From Azolla caroliniana (taxonomy: Eukaryota > Plantae > Polypodiophyta), in contig JBHGNT010000018.1 in assembly GCA_043228905.1 (NCBI GenBank), positions 9,920,001 to 9,984,000 of the forward strand: a stretch of 64,000 nucleotides of DNA, read 5' to 3'. The position numbers and the translations under genes were made by a program. The notes beneath the pieces were generated by a model. That model was not told where the DNA came from. It was given only the letters and a program-made list of their open reading frames with translations, and searched no databases. Positions 25,651 through 41,400 of this stretch are shown here, piece by piece (the first letter of the stretch is position 1; every line of letters begins with the position of its first letter).

Positions 25651-28600
25651 CTTCCCCACTATGTCTATCCACCCCCTTTGTCCGGGTAACACATCCACCA
25701 AGTTTGGCACGTACCCGATCTAAAGAGGAGTCTGGTCTCCATCAGCATGTTAGCCGAAGACGAGTATCGAACGACTCTACACGAGTCGACATGGATGATT
25801 AGCCGAGGAAACCTCAAAATTAGTAGTGGGCACAAGTATAATAATCTATACCCATTGATGGCGATCAACCCTGAAGGGGCCGTGAACATAGCCGAGAAAA
25901 CCGGCCCGAACTTATGGCATGGCCAACTTGGCCACATGTCTCAAGTCGAATTTGATCGGCTGATGTTGGTCGGCTACATTCTGAAACTCCAAGAAAGACA
26001 GACTTCTGTGAGCATTGTCGATATGGGAAACAGACCCGAAGTCTGTACTCTCTCCACTACGAGATGGTACGACAACCCCTAGAGCTCGTTCACATAGACA
26101 TATGTGGGCCCATGCCAAAGCGATCACTAGGAGGCTCCCGGTACTTCATCACATTCATAGATGATTGTACACGGAATGTTTGGGCATACTCCATCAAGTC
26201 CAAAGATGAAGCGCTCGAGGTCTTCACTCGATGGATAGTTGAACCGGTCGGGATACAGAGTGAAGACACTCTGATCCAACAAAGGAGGTGAGTACACCTC
26301 CAAAGCCTTCAAACAGTACCTGTCCGGAAAAGGGTTCCACACCAAAAGACCGTTCCCTACACACCCATGCAAAATGGAGTGGCAGAACAGATCAACAAGA
26401 CGATCCAGGAGAGGGTGACGACAATGCTCCAGCAAGCCAGACTGAAGCTGGAATTTTGGACCGAGGCATTGTAGACGGTAGTGTACTTAATAAATCCAAT
26501 GCCATCAAGAGAAATCAGGCTCGAAGTTCCACAGGCACTATGGTCAGGCAAATAGCCGACCTACGATAGGCTCCGTATATTCGGATGCGAAGCCTACGCG
26601 TTCATCCCCAGGGACAAAAGGACGAAGTTGGCACCCCATGCAACAAAGTGCATATTTCTCGGTTATGGAACCGATGGGGATTTCGGCTACCGGCTATGGG
26701 ACCTTGAGAACCGGAAATTGATCTGTAGCAGCAACATAGTCTTCAATGAAGACTATATCTTCTCTTAGCAGAACCAACAGAAACAGTTGGTAAGAAGGTA
26801 TCCTTCGAAGATGACAACACTGTCGTAGAAGGACCAACCCACTGGGCCAAATCAGAGACTCGACAAACAATCAAACACCAACAAGCTAAAAACTTCCCTT
26901 CCCACACCGAATCGGCAACAAGTCCTATCGTCGAACTCAAAGACAAAGTCATCAAAGACATAGCCGAACCGACAAGGATCAATAAAGGCAAAGTCACCAA
27001 GAGACAAGTTAGAAAAGAGTCGACGACAACCATAGGGGAGGACAACCAAACACCTTCGAAATCCCAATCTAGGGGCGGGACACCTAACAAGACTCCTGAT
27101 ATAGATGGTTCAACTAATACCGATCGACTAAAAGAGCTGATCGAAGGATCCAAACCAAACATCTTAGCACACATGAGATCTAGACGAGCTTGAAGGCAAA
27201 TAGAGTTCTACCAACCACGCCTCGACTACGTCAACTACACAGATGTAGGCGAACCAAGCACCTATGAAGAAGCTATGGCCGCACCGGATGGCGAAACATG
27301 GCTACAAGCCATCAACTCCAAAATGGACTCGATTCATCAGAATCAGACATGGGAGCTGGTCAAACTACCAGTTGGACGGAAGCTGCTACCTTGCAAATGG
27401 GTTTTCCAATACAAGTATGTATCTGACTCAGAGAAACCCAACTACAAAGCTCGACTTGTTGCGAAAGGATTCAAACAGGAATATGGGGTCGACTACGATG
27501 AGATATTCTTACCAGTAGTTAAGATGACCACCCTCCAACTCCTACTAGGAGTCGTGGTGACAAAAGATCTAGAGCTTGAGTAGATGGACGTAAAGACGGC
27601 ATTCCTACACAGAGATCTCGAAAAGACATATACATGTCTCAACCGGCAGGCTTCACGGCGACGGGGGATGACAGTCACCTCATATATCAACTAAAGAAAA
27701 GTCTATATGGCCTAAAACAAGCGCCAGAATGTGCTACCAGAAGTTTGACTCCTTCATATGGTAGCTTCGATACAATAGATCACACTCCGACCCATGCATG
27801 TATGTTTGGCAACTGGCAAACGAGTCCAGGATCTATCTGATCCTATACGTCAACGACATGTTGATTGCAGGAAGCAATCAAACAGAGATTGGTAAGCTGA
27901 ATCGGAGCTTTCACGCAAAGTTCGCGATGAAGGAACTCGGACAAGCCCGACACATACTGGGCACGAAGATAGAGCGAAATCGAACGACCAAAACTCTCCA
28001 ACTCTCCCAGTCCGAATACATCCGCAAGGTGCTGAAGCACTTCAACATGGAGAATGTGAAGACAACACCGACACCGCTTCTGAAGTCGATTGGACTATTG
28101 GATAGAGACTCTCCTTTGATGGACAAGGAGAGAGAAATTAATGGAAAAATACCCTACACATCGGCAGTAGGAAGTATCATGTATGCAATGTATGCACTAG
28201 CCTATGTCGTAGGGGTGGTCAGCCAGTACATGTCAAACCTAGGAAAGAAGCTTTGGGAGGCCGTCAAGCACATCCTTAGGTATCTAAAATGAACCCTGGA
28301 TGCACAGTTGACTTTCAGACTGACACCCTCAACCGAAGTCGAAGGCTACACCGATTCCGACTATGCCGGAAATGCAGATAATCGAAAATTGACATCAAGC
28401 TACATCTTCACCTCTGATAGCGGGGCGATATCATGGAGGTCAAAACTTCAGGTATGCACAGCTCTGTCTACCAAAGAAGGCGAGTACATAGCAGCATCGG
28501 AAGCAGTGAAGAATGCAATCTAGCTGCACTGACCGACTGCCGACTTCGGAACTGCAAACCGAAACGACCGACTAGCGCCGACCATCTATTGCGACTCATA

Positions 28601-31523
28601 GAGCGCAATACACCTCATCAACAATCCCGTTTATCATGTGAAGACGAAGCACATTGAGGTGCAGTATCATCATATCCGAGAGCTCGTAAAAGAAAAGAAA
28701 CTCGAAGTCTAGAAGATCGACACCGAGGTGAACATCACCGATTGCCTGACAAAGCCACTCCCAGATCTATGCTTTGGAACACTAAGGACGAATATGGGGC
28801 TACGACAAGCGACCGAGCAGAAGAAAGCCGAATGAGGAGCAGAAGGTAAGATTTGATCAAAACAATAACAACACATCCTATACATATGCCGACTCGACTG
28901 CATGCCGACCGACTTGTAACATATAAACTTAGATCACTTTTGTAATCTAGACTTACGGGGGAGATAACCTCAAATACTTGTACATGCAAGAAAGAGTAGT
29001 CGTTTTACGGGGGAGTTTGTTGGCATAAAAGGCCGACTCCTTCCAAGTTGTATCCCTCTGAGTGTGAATTCGTTAATAAGTTAGGGCTTAGTATATAAGT
29101 GAATACCTAGCATTGTAATGAGTGACAACGAGAAGAGTATTGTATCTTTGAGTGAGAACGAAGTAATAAGAAACTTTCCATTAGAGCTTGCAATGTGTAA
29201 GTCCACACCCATGCGTTGTTTGTTGTTCAGAACCGACAACATATCCACACACGTTTCCGCAAACCGCACTCGTTACCAACACAAGATGCACCAATACCTT
29301 GTCGGCCAAGGCTATTGGGGTTACATCAAAGGAGCACAAGAAAATTGACCCGACCCGAAAGACGCCGACTACGCAACATGGGAGCAAGTAGCAAGCCGAG
29401 TGATGTATTGCTTGGTGACATGTGTTCACGACCACATGTTCGGCTACATTCGAGAAGCCGAGACGCTGAAGGAAGCGTGGGAGAATCTACGAAAGATTTT
29501 CGCCGCCAACACAACCGCGAGAAAGCTTCAACTCCACCAAGAGTTGAACAACATCCAACAAAGGGATATGGCCATTACGAGCTACACCTTGAAGATCAAG
29601 GAGCTTTGCGACTCACTCGGCTTGATAAGCGTCAATGTGAACGATGATAAGATGGTGCAAATATGCCTCGGCGGCCTTGCACCACGGTTCGGTGCGATGA
29701 GGACCGCCCTATTAGCACGGGAGAATCTGCCCTCCTTCTTCGATCTTCAATCCATGTTGTTGGTCGAAGAGAACCATGTTCGAACAAGGAGCAATGCCTC
29801 GAAAGAACACATGCTTTACTCACACTCGGACGAAGGAATAGAACATGGCCGTGCAAGAAGAGGCCGATTTGGCCAAGGACGAGGCGGACAAGGCACAACT
29901 TACGAAAACAACTCACAAATTCGGCATGAAGACGGAAGCCATCGAGGAATTTCAGAAGAAGGGGGAGCTTCCATTCCGGTCCAAGCCGACAAAACTCGGT
30001 TGAATGCAGATATTGCGGAAAAATTGGTCACCACGAAGAAGAGTGTTGTAAGAAGATGCGCGTGTCGGCTTCCACTAGCCGACAACTCACCAATTTCGCC
30101 ACCAACTCCGACTACGACGATCGTGGCGGAATGTTCGAGATGAGACATAGAACAAATTCTATGTCGGCTTCTACTTCAACTAGTGCCTTCGGTCCAGAAG
30201 ACATATGGTTCGTCGACTCCAGTGCCTCAAACCATATGATGTCTCATCAAGAATGGTTCTGAGAACTTCGAGAGCCGAACGACCCGGCTTTGTCAAAACC
30301 GGAGATGACACTACGCATCTGATTCGATACATCGGCAATGTCCCATTGAGCAAAGAAGGTAACCAAACTTTTATTAAGAATTTCTTGCATGTACCAACCA
30401 TTAGGAAGAATTTGGTCTCCGTTGGCCAAATTGTTGAGCAGGGGATGCAAGTATGATTTAATCAAGGTGGTTGCTTCATCGAAAAAGAGGGTTGACTCAT
30501 CACTCGCGGATGAAGAGAGGGCCGAATGTTCATTTTCGACTCGCACGAGATGAAATCAACCATGTTCGCAAAGGGAACCAAAGTCGATTCCGACATAGAG
30601 TTGTGGCACAAGCGGATTGGCCAAATCAACCTCCAAAAGCCCAAGGCAATGCAATCGAAAGGAGTCATCATCGGGCTCCCGAAATTCAAGGAAAAGAGAT
30701 TGAATGCATGTGTGTTGTTTGCCAATTCGGCAAGCAACATCAGCACCCATTTCCAAAGGAGCAGAACGTGAGCAAAGGCGTACTCGACGTAATTCATTCT
30801 GATGTATGGGGATCGGCTCAAACGGCTACATTCGACGGATGTTGATACTACGTGGCCTTCATCGACGACTTCTCTAGACACAGCTGGATCTATCTCGTGC
30901 GGCAAAAGAGTGAAGTGTTCAGACACTTCCAAAAATTTAAGAATGAAGTCGAGAAAGCCACAGGCCGACATGTACAATGTCTTCGGTCGGATGGAGGAAA
31001 GGAGTACTTCTCCAACGAATTTTCGGCTTTTCTATGGAAAGAAGGAATTCGGCGAGAGTTTTCGTGTCGACATACAGCGTCGCCGAACGAAAGAATCGGC
31101 ACATACTCGAACTAGCACGGGCCATGATGAATGAAAAGCACCTGCCGAAGTCGTACAGGGCAGAAGCGGCTAGCACGACTGTATACCTCATGAATCGGTG
31201 TACAACATTGGGTGTGCACGAACTTGCTCCGCACGAGAAGTTTTTCGGAAAGAAGCCAGACCTATCACATGTTCGGATATTCAGCTCCATTGCATACATG
31301 CATAGCCCCGACGAGAAGCAACAAAAGCTCGACCCGAAATCAGAGAAATGTATCCTCCTAGGATACTCACTGGAGCAAAAGGGGTACAAGTGCTATAACC
31401 CCTCAACTCGAAAATCTTGAGCATGTCGAGACGTCGTTTTCGACAAGTCCGCATCCTGGTACGCACCGAAGACAACTTCAACTCTGATTCTACTCGACCC
31501 AAAATCTGCCGAAATAGTGAAGT

Positions 31524-34500
31524 TGTAAATCTATCCCCATATGTGCTCTTAGAGTGCACATTTTGTGATGGCGCCCCAAATGAGAAGCGGCTAGTGTGCA
31601 ACTCGACCCTATGGGTCGATAAGGTGTGAATCTAGGAAACCATAGATATGTAAGACACAATGGATTTAGAACAGAGCGAAATAGGTAATAGGATTGGCTA
31701 ATCAAGTCAACTGGAATATTTTGTAGTCTTGAAGTTTGTGCCATTGACTTCAAGATAAGTACTATCTAGCACTAGCCTGTATCTAGGGAGTTGGGTCATA
31801 TTAAATGACAAGTCAGTTGACAGAAAAGGAATATCTCCACTACTATCAACTGACATGCACATTTAATGTTACACTCGGACCAAACAAAGAATATAATCCA
31901 CTCTCTGACATAGTGGTGGATTGATCATCATATTGAATACGAGTGTATAATGGCCCTATTCACACGGTCCTTTATGGATAGCCCAAGTTTGGGCTATTTC
32001 TGTAAATAGCATAAAGGGCATTTGCCCTAGGATAGTCACTATATAAAGTGACTTTGTAACGTTTACTTAAGGTTGGTTGTTATCTTGTAACTGTTGCTAT
32101 TGAGAAATATAACGTTTTCTTTGTGCCTATCTCTCTCTCTCTCTTTGTGTATCTTGTTCATTCTCATACACAAGTCCTTCAACATCACATGATGTTGTTT
32201 GTTCTTCCGCACTGATGACCTTGTTCCCCAACATTTGGTATCAGAGTGTTGGAGGTTCTTCAACCCACTATCGGCTGTCATCATACACTACAACATTCTG
32301 TTTTTTGTAATTTCTTGAAAAGCAAAGAAGAGAGAAGACAACCAAGAAATTTGCATCTCACCATGTTAAATCATCAATTGGAGTAAGCTAGCCGGTTGTA
32401 CTCTGTTCCTGTGATTGTAACCACTTGAGGCGAGCTCCCTGTGCAACACCCGACCCAATCGTGCTTCATTCGGTTAAACGACATCTGAATAGGTCACCAT
32501 ACGATATTCACTCGTTTGTTGGAACCACCCGCTGCAGATTGGTCTCCTAGCAACAACCAAATTCATGTTTCATTCGGCTGATCGACATTCAGGAGGATCA
32601 GCTGGATCCGTCCCTCTCATCGTTGTAGTCATCCGAAGCAGAATCGACCCAAACGGTATTCAACATACAATTGGAAGCTAACCGGGCTCACTCCGACTCG
32701 GCAACATTCGGGAAAACTAGCTAGTTCTGTCCCTCAAGTTACCGGAGTCACTCTGAGCAAGTTCAGCAACAAGTATCCGAAACCAAACTGACTAGAACGA
32801 TATCGGGTGAGCCGACCGTCTGCACCCCACTAAGGTTCGTAGTCAACTCCGAACCGAGTTTTACCAACCAAAACCGAAGCAGATGGCATCAACATCTGGT
32901 TCATCGGAGATGAGTCTAAGGAGGTTCGACGGTTCGAACTTCAACTTCTGGAAGGAACAAATGCAGGACTATCTCATAGTCAAGGTAGACCCGATTGAGA
33001 ATGAAAATCCTCCATAAGCATACAAGGCAAACGAATGGCTAAAGCTGAACATAATCGTCCGCGCCATGATTCGAAAGCCGGAGCAAGTCCCGGGACAACC
33101 GAATCTGCAACTACTACAAGAAACCGGGACACATCAAAGCCGATTGTCGGGCACTCAAAGCAAAAACCGACAAAGCTCAGAGCAGATCAAAAGAGTAGTC
33201 GGCATGAGGAGGTCAACTACATTGGCTCTTCAGCCGAAATTATGACGACCAACCCAAACATATTGTCCATAGAGAACCTAGTCGAATCAAAAGTTTTGCT
33301 TACGACTGAGGAATTGAGCACATGGCTCCTGGACTTGGGCGCATCGTATCATGTGACACCTCACCGATCTCAATTTCGGCAATACTTGGATCGGCATTCC
33401 GACTTAGTTCGAGTCGGAAACTCGCAGCACTGTGCTATAATCGGAATCGGCACCATAGAGCTCAACCTTCCGAGCGGCTCTACACTTGTACTACACAACG
33501 TCCGACACGTTCCTGAGCTCTCAAGACCCTTGATCTCAGTCGGACAACTTGACGAAGCCGGCATCCGTGCCTGGTTCTCATCAAGAGGGTGGACACTCCA
33601 CAAAGGGAACCTCCTGCTTGCTCGAGGACCAAAGGTACACTCTTTGTACCCTTTATATGTCACACTCAAAGAGGGGGTGAATTATTTCTGGTTGATATCC
33701 CCGTGTCATCATTATGGCACGGACGACTTGGACACCTCAGCAAGGCCAGCATAACGCACCTATCCAGAGCCAGTTACATCCCCAAACTCTCCTTCTCGGA
33801 TCACCAATTCTGTGAGCATTGCCAGTACGGCAAACAGGTAGCCGCATCACACCCGACATCAGCACCAAGAGAATCGAGTCCCCTCGATTTGGTCCACTCG
33901 AACGTCTGTGGCCCGATGCCACATCAATCTCTCAGCGGTACTTCGTACTTCGTCAGTTTTATTGACAACTCCACTCGGAAGGTGTGGGCTTACCCCATCA
34001 GAACCAAAGATTGGGTGTTCTCGATCTTCTCCGAATAGCTTGCAATGGTTGAAAATCAGACCCGTCGGAAACTGAGATGTCTCCGAACCGACAACGGAGG
34101 AGAATTCAAGTATGAAGAAATCGTCAAATTTTGTCGGGAATGTGGCATTCAACATGAATATACAACACCCTATAGTTTGGAGCAGAACAGAATTGTTGAA
34201 CGCATGAATTGGATGATTCAAGAACGCATAGTATCCATGCTCCAACACTCCGGACTGTCGGATGGCTTTTGGGCGGAGACTCTACTTACGGCAATACACA
34301 TAATAAATATGTCTCCAAGTAGACCTCTAGGACTTAAAATACATCAGGAAACATGGACCGGCAGTAAGCCGAATTATGACAAGCTAAGGATCTTCGGTTG
34401 CGAGGCGTATGCCCTCATACCAAAAGACGATCGCCAGAAACTTGAACCAAGCTCAAGGAAATGCATTTTCCTTGGATATGGACCCGACGGCGAGATCGGA

Positions 34501-37126
34501 TACCGACTCTGGGATCCCAAGCACAGACAAATCGTCTGAAGTTCGAACGTCGTGTTCAACGAGTCCGCTATGCATAAAACGGCCGAAAGGCCTATTGAAG
34601 TCCGAAGGGTAATATTCTCTGAAGTGCCAACCCTTCATGAAGGCCCGGCCCACAACACAAAATCGATTTCACGGGTAACCGACACCTCCCGCACTGAATC
34701 CACCGATTCAGCACAGCCGAGTGACTCGGCTTCCGACCATCCGACATCTATACCCGGTGCGACCAATCTAGTCATACCTCGAAGATCCGAGAGACTGTCG
34801 CAACCTCCAGAAAGGTACTCTCCCGGAATTTTCTTTACCGACGCCGGTTAACCGACGCCTTACGAAGAAGCATCGGCATCGGCCGACTCAACCACCTGGC
34901 ATTTGGCGATGGAGTCGGAAATGCACTCCATTCACACCAACAAGACTTCGGAGTTGGTCGAATTACCGAAGAATCGACGTGCTCTTCCATGTAAGTGGGT
35001 CTATCGACTAAAAGAGATGTCCGACTTGACCAACCCAAAGTACAAGGCCAGATTAGTTGCGAAGCGATTTCGACAAGAACATGGCGTCGACTTTGACGAA
35101 ATCTTTTCACCGTGGTGAAAATGACAACCCTTCGTTTCATGCTCGGCGTCATGGCCGGCAACAACTTGGAGCTGATTCAGCTAGATGTAAAAACGACATT
35201 CCTCCATGGTGACCTACAAGAGGAAATCTATATGGAGCAGTCGAAAGGATTTGTGGCATCCGGCCAGGAACATCTAGCCTGCTGACTCAGGAAGAGTTTA
35301 TACGACCTGAAACAGGCACCCCGACAGTAGTACAAGAAGTTCGACGACTTCATCCAGTCGGTCGGCTTCTCCAAGAGCGATGAGGACCACTGTCTCTTCA
35401 CCAAAACAGCTCAAGACGAGTCTCCCGTCATCCTCATCATTTACATAGACGACATGCTACTCTCCGGCTGACATGCCGGAGAGCTCACCGAACTCGTTCG
35501 GAAAGTGTGGCTAAAGTTTGCCATGAAGGACACATACTTGGTATGAAGATTAGTCGGCATCGCGATAAACGACAACTTCTCTTGTCTCAAACCGACTACA
35601 TCGAACGTGTCTTGGAACGCTTCAACATGCACTCGGCCAAATCTACTTCGACCCCGCTCCCCATTAACCTTCGGCTGTCTTAGCAAGACTGCCCGACATC
35701 CAGTCCGGAGGGGGAAGATATGAAGTCGGTACCGTATGCACCGGCAGTCCGCTCCTTTATGTACGCGATGGTCGCGACAGGGCCTGATATTTCTCACGTT
35801 GTAGGAGTCGTCAACAGATTCATGCACAACCCAAGCTGATCGCACTGGAACGCAGTCAAGCATGTGTTCAGATATCTAGCTGGCACAAAAGACCACAACA
35901 TTCTTTTTGGCCCGAACTCAACCTCAAGCGTAGTCGGTTACACCGATTCGGACTTCGCCGGTTGCGTGGACAGTCAGAAATCAACAACCGGATATTGTTT
36001 CAAATTCGGCAATGGAGAAATCTCATGGAAGTCAAAACTTCAGGAGTGCACAACCACCTCAACGATCGAAGCGGAATATGTAGCTGCGTCCGACGTGGCA
36101 AAAGAAGCTTTATGGCTCAGTCGGCTAGCGCACAGGTTTCGACAGGTCGACCTCGACTCGGCTCTAGTTGTCTACAACGACAGTCAGGGTGTTGTTGCTT
36201 TGTGAAAGAATCCGGTTCACCACAATGTCTCCAAGCATATCGACGTTCGATATCACTTCGAGAAAATATCCACAACCGATAATGTCGCAGATGGAATGAC
36301 CAAGTGTCATTCGGCGGATCGTTTCCCATCCCTTCAGCACTAGATGGGCGTAACGAAAAATCGGTTCGGTTAAAGTCAGACACACAACACAGGATGGTTT
36401 CAGACAACAGACATCGGTTCTTTGAGGATCGGCTTCAGCTATTCCGACCCGCCGGTTCGGGCATCAGTCTTCTGATCCTGCCAACTCGAACAAAACCGAT
36501 CTGTCCGACAACCTTGTACATACCTGTAACTTTAGTATAACCCATGTATACGCCCATTACGGGGGAGTGTCGAATACAAGTGTATAATGGCCGTATTCAC
36601 ACTGTCCTTTATGGACAGCCCAAGTTTGGGCTATTTTTGTAAATAGCATAAAGGGCAGTTGACCTAGGATAGTCACTATGTAAAGTGACTTTTGTAACCT
36701 TTAGTTAAGGTTGGTTGTTATTTTGTGATTGTTGCTATTGAGAAATATAACGTTTTCTTTGTGCCTATCTCTCTCTCTCTCTCTCTCTCTCTTTGTGTAT
36801 CTTGTTCATTCTCATACACAGGTCCTTCAACATCACAGGATGTTGTTTGTTCTTCCGCACTAACGACCTTGTTCCCCAACACATTAGTCCCCACTAATTT
36901 TGTAGTGAGCTGGTCTAGATCCCATCTAAGCTCCAAGGTGTGAGCGCATGGGTGAACTACCATTGTGAGCTACTCTCATATGTAATAGAAGTTTTGTTTT
37001 CATATATCCATCTCTATAGTGGTTGTAACTCTATATTCCTATCTAATCGATTCTCAATATTTCTAACAAGAGATAGAAGTCAAAGAGCGGCTCACGCGCA
37101 TGCTCGAAGAAAGGCCGATTACGACA
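31524..37126. repeat. Non-coding insertion (probable solo LTR) split by copia H
   Basis: Interrupts the INT-RT linker of E; ~650 bp net; starts TGTAAAT; no clean TSD found. Confidence 0.4.
31931..36881 (+). mobile_element. Tnt1/Tork-like Ty1/copia element H (gag internally deleted)
   Basis: LTRs 31931-32233 and 36568-36881, TSD CATCA/CATTA, PBS-iMet at 32236, PPT GGGGGAG 36561-36567; gag start 32884, PR 'WLLDLGAS', INT, RT YIDD, RH. Confidence 0.92.
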
Positions 37127-37851
37127 AGGATTAGTTCCGAGCGATCAAAGCACATCTCGGCCGAGTCCAAAGTTGGACAAAGGGAAGGCGAAAATACTGG
37201 AGTATGAACACGATCACTTCGATGGCAACGAATCGACTCACTCCCTTGATAGTGAGTTCAAGGGCCTTGACATCCGGACAAATGGAGCAATGAAAGCCTT
37301 AGTATCTACAAACGAGAAACTCCACCTATGAAAAGAACCCCGTAAGCCGATTCAGCTACAACGATTATATGGCGTACCATTACGCCTTTATGATGAGGGT
37401 AGCAACAATACGGGAGTGGGAAAACTTTTCCGAAGCCATGAAGGACCCGCGATGGGTCGAAGCAATGAACGAGGAGATGCGGGGACTTTGCAAGAACGAA
37501 ACATGGGATCTCGTTCCCCACTCACCGCACAAGAAGGCGATTGGTTGTAGATGGATCTACAAGGTGAAGTATAACGCCGACGGCTCCATAAACCGCAAAC
37601 AAAGCTCTACTCGTAGCGAATGGATACGCACAAACACATGGAGTCGACTACGAAGAGACATTTGCCCCAGTGGCAAAGATGACGAGTGTGCGGAGCGCAA
37701 TTGCACTCGGAGTGGCGAAAGGGTGGCACCTCCATCAGATGGACGTAAAGAACGTCTTTCTTCTGTTGGGATTACGGTCCCTCCGGATGGGATGGTCAGA
37801 TGTCCGGGAATCGGGAATGAAGACCCGATTGAGAAGTACCCGGTATCGGAA

Positions 37852-37940
37852 CCGGATGATGAAGACCCGGTTTCGGATCCGGATGATGAAGACCCGGTTT
37901 CGGATCCGGATGATGAAGACCCCGGCTACGGAGCCGGATG
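37852..37940 (+). repeat. 27-bp tandem repeat in U3 (one more unit in the 5' LTR than in the 3' LTR)
   Basis: Unit CCGGATGATGAAGACCCGGTTTCGGAT; compare 42638-42699. Confidence 0.9.
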
Positions 37941-38127
37941 ACGAATGTACCCGGAGAGAGATCCGGATGCGGGGACATATTTGTGAATATGTTTGCCAAG
38001 GGCCCTCTAGGCTATATTTGTAAATAGCCCGAAAGTCATATGTGTATAAATATGACTTAGGGCAAACAGTTTAGTAGTTGTTGCTCATTTTTCTGTTTTC
38101 CACTTAGAGGGAGCGAAGTGAGAGCAG

Positions 38128-38169
<42 letters not shown>

Positions 38170-38465
38170 GAGGTCGACGCCTCTGTGTAATACCGCCGCC
38201 TGTGGCGAGGACAACGAGCTCAAGGTTGTCGCCTTGCAGCTCGCCATTGTACATTCTCTGCGTATAGTGATAGTTGGAGTCTTGCACTCCCGTGGTTCTT
38301 CCCGTCTAGGGTTTTCCACGCTAAACCCTGTGCATTCGAGTCTCTCTCTGTGTTTGCGATTTACTGCTGCATTGACTCGTGTTTCCTCGGTTGTGGCCGA
38401 GAGGTGAAGGTTTTGAAAGCGTCAATCTCTAACAATCTGGTATCAGAGCGACTGCAGTGCAGAAA

Positions 38466-41400
38466 ATGGAAGGCGGCAGCAGCGGGCAGCCGGGGATGAT
38501 GGTGCTGAATGCGCAGAACTACGCCGACTGGAAGATAAAGATGGAGGATCTGCTCATTGTTCGGGACCTGTATGAACCGATCGACAGGTCGGAAATACCC
38601 AAGGGGGTACTTGAGACGGAATGGAGGCTTCTGAACCGGAAAGCCGTTGCAACCATTCGGCAATACGTCGACGTGAGCGTTCTACAACATGTGGCGAACG
38701 ACACCAACGCATATGAGATGTGGCAGAAGCTGTCGGGCCTCTACGAGAGGAAGAATGCGTTGAACCGGACCTCCCTGATGAGGAAGATAGTGAACCTCAA
38801 GTACCGGGACGGCGAGAGTATGGTGGAACACGTAAGCACGTTCATGGGATTCGTGAACCAGCTTGCAGCGATCAAGTTCCCGTTGGAGGATGCAATGCAA
38901 GCCATCATGCTGATGTGTACATTGCCGGAAAGCTGGGAGAACTTGGTGGTGACTCTCAGCACCTCCTGCACCGAAGATAACTTGTCCTTACAAACGGTAA
39001 AGACAAGCATTTTGAACGAAGAAGCGCGTCGGAGAGATAAAGAACCGGCCTCCGATCCGAAGATGCTGCTTACCGAATCGGATCGGGGAAGACAACGGAA
39101 CCAGAGTCCGCAAAGACGGGAGAAGTTGGGGACCCGGTCACAGTCAAGAGGAAGGCCCACATGCTTCCACTGTGGGAAGTCGGGGCACTTCCGAAAGAAT
39201 TGTCGGCATTACCGAAAAGACAACGGAGCCGACGACACCGATTCGAAGAAGTCTTCGGAACGGAACGGTGCTTACCGGGGAGCCACGGACCGGAATGGTT
39301 CGGATCGGCGAGGGCAGGACCGGAAAGGAATGACGACACTCGCGGCAAGTGAAGAGGAGATCATGCTCATCACCGAAGAAGGTGAACTAAACATTGCCGG
39401 CGATGAGACTACCTGGGTGGTCGATTCCGGAGCGTCGTTCCACCTGACCCCGGAAAGAAGATACTTCTCATCCTATACAGCCGGTGAGCATGGCTGCGTT
39501 CGGATGGGAAATGAAGGTACGTGCCGGATTGCCGGCATAGGAGACGTGTGGTTGACAACCTCGACCGGATGCAAAATGTTGCTGAAGGATGTCCGACACG
39601 TTCCGGAGGTTCGATTGAACCTGATTTCGGCCAGGAGGCTAGACGATGAAGGCTACACAGGTAGCATCCGGAACTGCGTAATGAAGTTCAGCAAGGGGAG
39701 CCTAATAGTGGCTCGGGCCCGGAAAGTCAACACACTGTACCTTATGAATGCCTGGTTGTGTCCGGAGGAGTTGAACGTGGCAGCCGACACTGCCGGTGAG
39801 CTGTGGCACAAGAGACTGTGCCACATGAGTGAGAAGGGGATGAAGAGACTTGCAGAAGACAACCTTATTCCAGTGAAGCATGTGCACCTGGAGAAGTGCA
39901 CCGATTGCCTGGCCGGTAAGCAGAACCGAACCTCCTTCCACTCAAGGCCACCGACGAGACGTAGCGCACCATTGGAGTTGGTGCACACTGACGTGTGTCA
40001 AGTAGAAACGAAGTCACATGGCGGAGCCCAGTACTTTGTGACATTCATTGATGACCACAGCCGGAAGCTGTGGACAGCACCGTTGAAGACAAAGGACCAA
40101 GTGTTCTGCGTCTTCAAAGAACTCCACGCGAGAGTGGAAAGGGAATCCGGCAAGAAGCTGAAAGCGATACGAGCGGATAACGGAGGGGAATACCGGGGGC
40201 AATTCGAGGAGTACTGTCGCTCGAAGGGAATCCGGCTCGAGTTTACTGTGCCGAAGACGCCGGAACTGAACGGGTTGGCCGAGAGCATGAACCGGACCAT
40301 AATGGAGAGGGTCCGGAGTATGCTGGCGCATGCGAAATTACCCAAGGGGTTTTGGGCTGAGGCAATGTCGACGGCGACATACGTGATAAACAGATCACCC
40401 TCAGTACCTTTGGACGGAGACACGCCGCAGAGAGTGTGGACCGGTAGGGAAGTATCCTACCGGCATCTGAAGGTGTTCGGGTGTCTCGCATACGTGCATG
40501 TGGCAAAGGACCGGAGAGGAAAGTTAGATCCAAAGACCCGGCCATGCATATTCCTCGGTTACGGCGACGACGAGTTCGGCTACCGAGTATGGGACCCGGT
40601 CGACAAAAAGATATTCTGGAGTCGTGATATCATCTTCATGGAGGACAAGACACTCGCCGACTGGGAGTCGGAGAAGAAGATGAAGAGCTCCAAGTCGACC
40701 GGTGAGGATCAACTCTACGAGGAGCAATCCCGACCGGCAAGGGACCGGTTAGCACTCGAGGATCCGGCCGAAGACGGTGAAGAAACAGAACCGGCCGAGG
40801 AAGATGAAACTGATACCAGAACCGGCCCCGAACCCGAAATGGATTCGGATGAAGAGGAAACGGAGGAGCCGGTTACCGAAGCTCCGGAACGGAGATATCC
40901 TCTAAGAGAGAGAAGGGCCCCCCGGAGATTTCCGGAACCAGAGCACGTGCTGCTAACCAACGAGGGGGAGCCGGAGAGTTTTGAAGAAGCAAAGCTTGAC
41001 ACCCATAGCCGCAGGTGGTTAAGTGCCATGCAGGAGGAGATGGATTCCCTGCATGAGAACCACACATATGAACTTGTGGAGTTGCCGAAAGGAAAGCGGG
41101 CACTTCGAAACAAGTGGGTGTTCAAGCTGAAACCGGGAGATGCCGGAAACCCCCCGAGATACAAAGCCAGGATCGTGGTGAAGGGGTTCCAGCAGAAGAA
41201 GGGCGTCGACTTCGACGAGATATTTGCCCCGGTAGTGAAGATGACCTCCATCCGGACGGTGCTGAGCATAGCGGCAAGCATGGACCTCGAGGTAGAACAG
41301 ATGGACGTGAAGACGGCATTCCTTCACAGTGACCTCAAAGAAGAGATCTACATGCAGCAAGCGGAAGGATTCAAGAAGAAAGGGAAGGAGCACCTGGTAT

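Larger units (their letters stand above)
17177..29281 (+). mobile_element. Tnt1/Tork-like Ty1/copia element F
   Basis: LTRs 17177-17449 and 29018-29281, TSD CAAGA/CAAGA, PBS-iMet at 17452, PPT ~29009-29015; gag 17551-18330, pol 25660-28830. Confidence 0.95.

Noticed and set aside
37852-37940. CRISPR-like repeats or a PDDEDPVSD repeat protein
   Set aside because: Head-to-tail LTR minisatellite without unique spacers; eukaryotic context, no cas genes
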